The notes under the pieces were generated by a model, which did no database searches, had not been told where the DNA came from, and saw only the letters and a program-made list of their open reading frames with translations. A DNA stretch of 64,000 bases from an uncultured Chloroflexia bacterium. Its GTDB lineage: Bacteria > Chloroflexota > Limnocylindria > Limnocylindrales > CSP1-4. The translations under genes and the position numbers were made by a program. How positions within the stretch are numbered: the first letter of the stretch is position 1; each line of letters begins with the position of its first letter. Shown here piece after piece: positions 58,399 to 64,000 of the stretch. Location of the stretch: NCBI GenBank assembly GCA_963817245.1, contig CAWFNQ010000001.1, positions 797,231-861,230 on the forward strand. Reading direction: 5' to 3'.

Positions 58399-59796
58399 AT
58401 GACCGAGTCGTTCGCCGCCCTCGACGCCGCGACCGAAGCGCACCTCCACGCGACCCGCGACGCCCGCCTCGCGTCGTACCTCGACTTCATCCGGATCCCG
58501 AGCATCTCGGCGCTGCCCGCCCACGCCGCGGACTGCCGTCAGGCGGCCGCCTGGCTGGCGGATGCGCTGCGGACCGCCGGTGCCGAGCACGTGGAGATCG
58601 CCGAGACCGGCGGCCATCCGGTCGTGTACGGCGACTGGCTCCACGCCGAGGGCGCGCCGACCGTGCTGCTCTACGGGCACTACGACGTCCAGCCGGTCGA
58701 TCCGCTCGAGCAGTGGACCTCGCCGCCGTTCGAGCCGGTCGTCGTCGGCGACCGCGTGCTGGGCCGCGGCGCGGCCGATGACAAGGCCAACATCCACCTC
58801 CACCTGATGGCGGCCCAGGCGCTGCTGGCGACGCGTGGCGCGCTCCCGGTCAACGTGCGGTTCCTCTTCGAGGGCGAGGAGGAGTCGAGCTCGATCCACC
58901 TCGACCGCTGGCTCGAGGCGAACCACGGCCGTCTCGGGTGCGACGTCGTGATCATCAGCGACACCGGCTTCTTCGAGGGCAACGTCCCGGCGATCACCAC
59001 CGGCCTGCGCGGCCTGATGTACGCCCAGGTCGACGTCCAGGGCAGCCCGGTGGATCTCCACTCGGGCGGCTATGGCGGCGTGGTCGAGAACCCGGCCAAC
59101 GCCCTCGCCCGGATCATCGCGTCGCTGAAGGGCCCGGACGGTCGGATCCTCATCCCCGGCTTCTACGACGACGTCGTGCCGCTGACGGACGCCGACCGGG
59201 CGGCCTTCGCCGCGCTGCCGTTCGACGACGCCGCCCACGCGGCGACCATCGGGGTGCCGGCCCTCGTCGGCGAGGTCGGCTACACCGTCCTCGAGCGACG
59301 TGGCGCCCGGCCGACGCTCGACGTGAACGGGATCTGGGGCGGCTTCCAGGGCGAGGGGAGCAAGACCATCATCCCCGCCGTCGCCCACGCCAAGATCAGC
59401 TGCCGGCTCGTCGCCAACCAGGATCCGGACCGGATCTACGATCTGTTCCGCGACTTCGTGCTGTCGATCTCGCCGCCCGGGGTGACGACGACCGTGACCG
59501 ACCTCGGGGGCGGCAAGCCGAGCCTGACCCCCATCGATCTTCCGGCGACCCAGGCGGCCGCCCGCGGGCTCGAGGCGACGTTCGGGCAGGCGCCGGTCTA
59601 CATCCGCGAGGGTGGCAGCATCCCGGTCGCGGCCAGCTTCGAGACGATCCTGGGCCGGCCGGTCGTCCTGGTCGGGTTCCCGCCGCCCAACGACAACGCC
59701 CACGCGCCCAACGAGTGGATGGACCTGCGCAACTACGAGGGCGGGGTCCGCGCCGTGATCCGCATCTGGGACGAGCTCGCGGCCCTGCCTCGCTGA
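58399..59796 (+). CDS. M20-family dipeptidase / metallohydrolase
   Basis: LLYGHYDVQPVDP, GRGAADDKA, FEGEEESSS, ...NAHAPNEW. TACAAT -10-like box at 58353-58358. Confidence 0.85.
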   Translation: MTESFAALDAATEAHLHATRDARLASYLDFIRIPSISALPAHAADCRQAAAWLADALRTAGAEHVEIAETGGHPVVYGDWLHAEGAPTVLLYGHYDVQPVDPLEQWTSPPFEPVVVGDRVLGRGAADDKANIHLHLMAAQALLATRGALPVNVRFLFEGEEESSSIHLDRWLEANHGRLGCDVVIISDTGFFEGNVPAITTGLRGLMYAQVDVQGSPVDLHSGGYGGVVENPANALARIIASLKGPDGRILIPGFYDDVVPLTDADRAAFAALPFDDAAHAATIGVPALVGEVGYTVLERRGARPTLDVNGIWGGFQGEGSKTIIPAVAHAKISCRLVANQDPDRIYDLFRDFVLSISPPGVTTTVTDLGGGKPSLTPIDLPATQAAARGLEATFGQAPVYIREGGSIPVAASFETILGRPVVLVGFPPPNDNAHAPNEWMDLRNYEGGVRAVIRIWDELAALPR

Positions 59797-59918
59797 CGGG
59801 CTTCGAGGCGCGTCGCGGCGCTTGCCTGTGCGGTTCCGGGGGGTCCGGGTGGGTGATTCAGGGGGTTCCGGATGCTACCCTTTGCGTCACCGCACCACTC
59901 GGGGAGGTCCGCGCGAAC

Positions 59919-61004
59919 GTGAGCACCGAAGCTGCCGACACGAAGCCGAAAAGCGCTGCGCCCGCGTCCTGGCGACTCGACACCGCGAACGGCAGCATGG
60001 CGCCCCGTTCCGCCCTCGACGTGCTCGTCGACCTCAACGAGAAGGTCGTCGGCGGGCAGGTCGGGGAGTACCAGCCGGTCCCCCTCGGGTTCACCCCGCT
60101 GGACAAGACCATCGGGGGCGGCCTGCGTGCCGGTGAGCTCCTGCTGATCGGTGGCGCCCAGGGCACCGGCAAGACCACGATGGCCCTCCAGATGGCGCGC
60201 AACATCGCGTCGGGTGGCCAGGCCAACGTCCTGTACATCTGCTTCGAGCACGACGAGCCGTACCTGCTGAACCGGCTCATCGCGATGGAATCGGCGCTCG
60301 CGCACCTGCCCCACAAGACGGGCGCGATCAAGATCGTCGACGTGCGCAAGGAGATCCTCGGCACATGGATGGCCGAGGGCGGCACGGGCGCCCAGCTCGC
60401 GAACAATCCGCGCCTGCGCCCCTCGCTCGACCGGATCGCGCGCTACGGGCAGAACCTCTTCCTGCTGCGCGGCTCGCAGACCGCGAGCACCATCGACAAC
60501 ATCCGGACCCTCGTCCAGCAGCACCGCGTGCTGTCCGGCGACCGCCGGCTGGTGGTCTTCGTCGACTACATGCAGAAGGTGCCGCAGATCCCCGAGCCGG
60601 AGAACGAGACCGAGAAGGTCACGTTCATCGTCAACGGGCTCAAGGACATCGCGCTCGCCGAGGACGTGCCGATGATCAGCATCGTCGCGGCCGACAAGGA
60701 GGGCCTGAAGGCCGCGCGGCTGCGCAACTTCCACCTGCGCGGCAGTTCCGCCATCAACTACGAGGCGGACATCATCCTCATCCTCAACGAGAAGTACCAC
60801 ATCGTCGCGAAGGTCAACATCGAGTTCAACCCGTACCAGGCGCAGCGGTTCCGCGACTGGGCCATCATCTCGGTCGAGAAGAACCGTGGCGGGCAGGACA
60901 ACATCGACCTCGAGTACGAGAAGCACTTCGAGTTCTCCTGCTTCGACCCCAACGGTCGGACGGTGCAGGAGAAGCTCATCGAGGAACGCCTCTACAACGA
61001 CTAG
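59919..61004 (+). CDS. Stand-alone DnaB-C-terminal-like (RecA-superfamily) ATPase
   Basis: PLDKTIGGGLRAGELLLIGGAQGTGKTTMALQMA (Walker A), LVVFVDYMQKV (Walker B), LRGSSAINYEADIILILN (DnaB-like). No DnaB N-terminal domain. GTG 59919, alternative ATG 59997. Confidence 0.75.
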   Translation: MSTEAADTKPKSAAPASWRLDTANGSMAPRSALDVLVDLNEKVVGGQVGEYQPVPLGFTPLDKTIGGGLRAGELLLIGGAQGTGKTTMALQMARNIASGGQANVLYICFEHDEPYLLNRLIAMESALAHLPHKTGAIKIVDVRKEILGTWMAEGGTGAQLANNPRLRPSLDRIARYGQNLFLLRGSQTASTIDNIRTLVQQHRVLSGDRRLVVFVDYMQKVPQIPEPENETEKVTFIVNGLKDIALAEDVPMISIVAADKEGLKAARLRNFHLRGSSAINYEADIILILNEKYHIVAKVNIEFNPYQAQRFRDWAIISVEKNRGGQDNIDLEYEKHFEFSCFDPNGRTVQEKLIEERLYND

Positions 61005-61176
61005 GCGGGGCGCCCTCCGGCGCCATCGCGGCGTTGTCGGCTGCGCGCGCTCGCTCACGCACCTCGGGGTGCGCTCGCTCTCGTGCTCGCCTCCGCCTTG
61101 CGCTGACGCCGCCGAGCGCCCCGTCTCTCTCGCCGACGCCGCCCGTCGCGTGCCCCGGGTCAGCGTGGCTCCGGAC

Positions 61177-61410
61177 ATCGCCGGTTGGGCCACCCGGTGG
61201 GTGAACCAGCGACCGAGGCGGCCACGACGGCCCGTCCGGCGGCCGAGCCAGCGCTCCGATCGCCGGTTGGGCCACCCGGTGGGTGAACCAGCGACCGAGG
61301 CGGCCACGACGGCCCGTCCGGCGGCCGAGCCAGCGCTCCGATCGCCGGTTGGGCCACCCGGTGGGTGAACCAGCGACCGAGGCGGCCACGACGGCCCGTC
61401 CGGCGGCCGA
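61177..61410. repeat. Perfect 82-bp tandem repeat, 2.85 copies, intergenic
   Basis: Unit ATCGCCGGTTGGGCCACCCGGTGGGTGAACCAGCGACCGAGGCGGCCACGACGGCCCGTCCGGCGGCCGAGCCAGCGCTCCG at 61177, 61259 and 61341 (third copy ends after 70 nt). No mismatch seen between copies. Confidence 0.95.
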
Positions 61411-61487
61411 TGCGTCGGCTGACGCGGCAGGCGTCTCTGAGCTGAACCTTCGGGACGCCATCGCGCGCTACGATGCGCACCGGCGCC

Positions 61488-64000
61488 ATGAAGCGAGACC
61501 TACCGACTGGGATCGTCACGTTCCTGTTCACCGACGTCGAAGGGTCGACGCGGTTGCTGGAACGGCTCGGCGAGCGATACCGCGGCGTGCAGCAACGGCA
61601 CGACGGCATCCTTCGAGACGCCATCCACCGTGGGGACGGGCGCGAGGTGAGCACCGAGGGTGACGCCTTCTTCGCCGTGTTCCACGACCCGAAGGGCGCG
61701 GTCCTTGCCGCCGTTTCGGCGCAGCGCGATCTCGCCGCGGCGGCATGGCCCGACGCCTCGGTCATCCGGGTGAGGATGGGCCTGCACACCGGCCAAGGCA
61801 TCCTCGGCGGCGACAGCTACCTCGGCCTGGATGTCAATCGGACGGCGCGGATCGCGGCCGCGGGATACGGTGGCCAGATCCTGATCTCGGATGCGACTCG
61901 AGCTCTCGTCGATGGGACCCTGCCGGCCGGAACACGGCTCGCCGATCTCGGCCGGCATCGACTGAAGGACCTGACGCGGCCCGAACACCTTCACCAGCTC
62001 CTGATCGACGGGCTCGATCAGGACTTTCCGCCGCCTCGCACCATCGATGTCGGCATCAACAACGGTCCGGCGCAGCTCACGCGGTTCATCGGCCGTGACG
62101 ACGAGATCTCGCACATCCGCGACCTGGTGGAAGCGAACCGCCTCCTGACGCTCACGGGCCCCGGCGGGACCGGCAAGACGCGGCTTGGTCTCGAGGTCGC
62201 GGCGGCGCTCCTTCCGAGCTTCGCCGATGGTGTGTGGTTCGTGGATCTGTCGGCCCTGACCGACCCCGGACTGGTGGCTCCGGAGATCGCCGACGCGCTT
62301 GGGCTGCGGGTCGCGGCGGATCGCCCGCCGGTCGAGGCCCTCACGGATCACGTTCGGGACAAGGAAATCCTGCTGGTGCTCGACAACTTCGAGCAGGTGG
62401 TCGATGCCGGCCCGATCGTCGTGGAGCCACTGCTGCGTGCAGCACGGGGCGCGAAGGCCCTGGTGACCAGCCGTGTGCCACTCCACCTGTACGGGGAGCG
62501 CGAATACGCGGTCCCGCCGCTGGGCGTCCCCGACGGGGATCGCCTCCCCGACCTGGAGGTGCTCCTCCAGGTCGACGCCGTGGCCCTCTTCGCCGAGCGC
62601 GCGACGGCCGTGAAGCCGGACTTTCGCGTGACCCCGCGAAACGCCCGGACGGTGGTCGAGATCACGGCGCGTCTCGACGGGTTGCCGCTCGCCATCGAAC
62701 TTGCCGCCAGCCGCGTCAAGGTCCTTTCACCGGAGGACCTGCTCACTCGGCTGACGCAGCGACTGCCGATCCTCACCGCGCAGGAGCGGAACGTACCTGA
62801 GCGACAACGAACGCTCCGGCGGACGATCGATTGGAGCTACGACCTGCTTGACGAACCGGAGCGCCGGATGTTCTGGCGCGTGGCGGCCTTCGTCGGTGGC
62901 GCGGACTTTGACGCGGTCGACCTCGTCACGAATCCGTTGGGCGAACTCGGGCTGGACACCCTCGATGGCATCACCTCGCTGGTCGACAAGAATCTCGTCC
63001 GCGAGACAGCGACGGCCGAGGGTTCATCTCGATTCGGGATGCTCGAGACGATCCGGGAGTACGGCCTCGAGCGGCTCGCGGCGTCCGGCGAGGAGCCCGC
63101 GCTCCGTCGACGCTTGACCGAGCATTGGATCGCGGTGGCCGAGGCGGCGACCCAGCGGGCCTCCGACGACGCGCCTGCCGCCACCATCGGGGATCTGGAC
63201 CACGATCACGACAACTTCCGCGCAGCGCTGGGTTGGGCCACCGAGTCCGGCGAAGCCGAGGAGGGGCTGCGGCTGGCGGCCGCTCTCCGTGGGTACTGGC
63301 GCCTCGGCAGTCACTTCCGCGAGGGCGTGCGTTGGATCGACGATCTCCTCGCGCTGCCCGCAGCCTCGGAGCGGACGCGCCTTCGAGCTCGGGCGCTGAC
63401 CGCGGCGGCCGATCTGTCGTCGTGGATGGGCGAGAACGAGGGCTATCTGCGCCGCGCGGAGGAGGCGGTCTCGATCTACCGCGAGATCGGGGACGCGGTG
63501 GGCTTTGCCGATGCCCTGTCGGAACTCGGCGTCGCCCAGATGAGCGCCGGCAAGCTCGATGCGGCGCGTGCCACGCTCATCGAGGCGCGCGACCGCAACA
63601 CGGCGGTCGAGGATCGCCAGAAGGCGGGCGAGTGCACCGTCGCCCTTGGCTTCCTGGCGGCCCTCTCGGGGCGGCCCGATGAGGCGCGCGGACATCTGGA
63701 GGACGCCCTCGGAACCTTCACGCAGCTCGCCGACCCGTTCTGGAGCGCGTTCACCGAGCGGTGGGTCGGTTGGCTCGATCAGCGCGATGGCGAGGAAGCG
63801 TTGGCCGAGCGCCGCTATCGGTCCAGCCTCGCGGTCGCCCGAACGTACGACATCGCGCTGGTCGTGGCGATGGACCTCTACGCGTTCGCCGACCTCGCGC
63901 TCGCGCGCGGCGAGAACGAGCGGGCGCTGCGCCTGGTGGGAGCATCCCAGACGCTCCGCGACCGGATCGGCGATGCGCCGTCCCTGGAGATGGCCGCCGT
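61488..64000 (+). CDS. Class III adenylate/guanylate cyclase domain - NB-ARC/STAND P-loop ATPase - TPR-like repeats; 3' end cut by window edge
   Basis: Not in the ORF track because there is no stop in the window. Hand translation from ATG 61488 is open to 64000. FLFTDVEGST, EGDAFFAVF, RMGLHTG, LDVNRTARI; LTGPGGTGKTRL, ILLVLDNFEQV, LDGLPLAIELAA; then helical repeats. Confidence 0.85.
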   Translation, partial: MKRDLPTGIVTFLFTDVEGSTRLLERLGERYRGVQQRHDGILRDAIHRGDGREVSTEGDAFFAVFHDPKGAVLAAVSAQRDLAAAAWPDASVIRVRMGLHTGQGILGGDSYLGLDVNRTARIAAAGYGGQILISDATRALVDGTLPAGTRLADLGRHRLKDLTRPEHLHQLLIDGLDQDFPPPRTIDVGINNGPAQLTRFIGRDDEISHIRDLVEANRLLTLTGPGGTGKTRLGLEVAAALLPSFADGVWFVDLSALTDPGLVAPEIADALGLRVAADRPPVEALTDHVRDKEILLVLDNFEQVVDAGPIVVEPLLRAARGAKALVTSRVPLHLYGEREYAVPPLGVPDGDRLPDLEVLLQVDAVALFAERATAVKPDFRVTPRNARTVVEITARLDGLPLAIELAASRVKVLSPEDLLTRLTQRLPILTAQERNVPERQRTLRRTIDWSYDLLDEPERRMFWRVAAFVGGADFDAVDLVTNPLGELGLDTLDGITSLVDKNLVRETATAEGSSRFGMLETIREYGLERLAASGEEPALRRRLTEHWIAVAEAATQRASDDAPAATIGDLDHDHDNFRAALGWATESGEAEEGLRLAAALRGYWRLGSHFREGVRWIDDLLALPAASERTRLRARALTAAADLSSWMGENEGYLRRAEEAVSIYREIGDAVGFADALSELGVAQMSAGKLDAARATLIEARDRNTAVEDRQKAGECTVALGFLAALSGRPDEARGHLEDALGTFTQLADPFWSAFTERWVGWLDQRDGEEALAERRYRSSLAVARTYDIALVVAMDLYAFADLALARGENERALRLVGASQTLRDRIGDAPSLEMAA

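Noticed and set aside
61177-61410. CRISPR array.
   Set aside because: The 82-bp units abut directly with no spacers. The unit is far longer than CRISPR repeats. No cas genes are present in the window.

Overview
The window is high-GC (about 70% or more by eye), gene-dense bacterial chromosome with an Actinomycetota-like gene repertoire. I see no transposase, integrase, phage gene or CRISPR array. Coding frames are easy to pick because real frames have about 90% G/C at codon position 3. Most long ORFs in the track are antisense or out-of-frame shadow ORFs.

Gene content, left to right:
- Sugar locus: GH1 beta-glucosidase, LacI repressor with a perfect 14-bp operator palindrome, amylosucrase-like GH13 and alpha-glucosidase GH13.
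- Three zinc-ribbon proteins and a YihY-family membrane protein.
- A translationally coupled fhaA-fhaB-rodA-pbpA-small membrane protein operon with no kinase or phosphatase genes.
- MoxR / DUF58 / transglutaminase operon.
- serC-like / serA / histidine-phosphatase operon.
- vapBC, murJ, a UvrA paralog, ppk2, rarA, and a LicD-like protein plus methyltransferase.
- DUF4446 protein, a UvrD-type helicase fused to a Cas4-like Fe-S nuclease, an M20D amidohydrolase, agmatinase and a methyltransferase.
- An orphan REC-CpaE/ParA ATPase, murI, a DUF2342 metalloprotease, a 2-hydroxyacid dehydrogenase, ychF and a PfkB kinase.
- An mrfA/mrfB-like helicase-exonuclease pair, ftsB, tRNA(CAT), ftsH, a tandem-fused AI-2E transporter and an M20 dipeptidase.
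- A stand-alone DnaB-C-like ATPase, a perfect 82-bp tandem repeat, and a 3'-truncated adenylate cyclase-NB-ARC-TPR (STAND) gene.

Most notable observations:
1. At least nine reading-frame breaks or frame-dependent fusions sit inside otherwise well-conserved genes. Most are a single extra G/C. I cannot tell from sequence alone whether these are consensus errors or real pseudogenes.
2. A perfect 82-bp x 2.85 tandem repeat lies in the intergenic region upstream of the cyclase-STAND gene.
3. Two genes have a strong Shine-Dalgarno sequence followed 8 nt later by ATC, with no usable canonical start.
4. A disordered, repeat-rich double zinc-ribbon protein is divergent from the FHA/RodA/PbpA operon.

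I found no convincing complete novel defence or mobile system. The DnaB-C ATPase / repeat / cyclase-STAND corner is the best candidate, and it is cut by the window edge.
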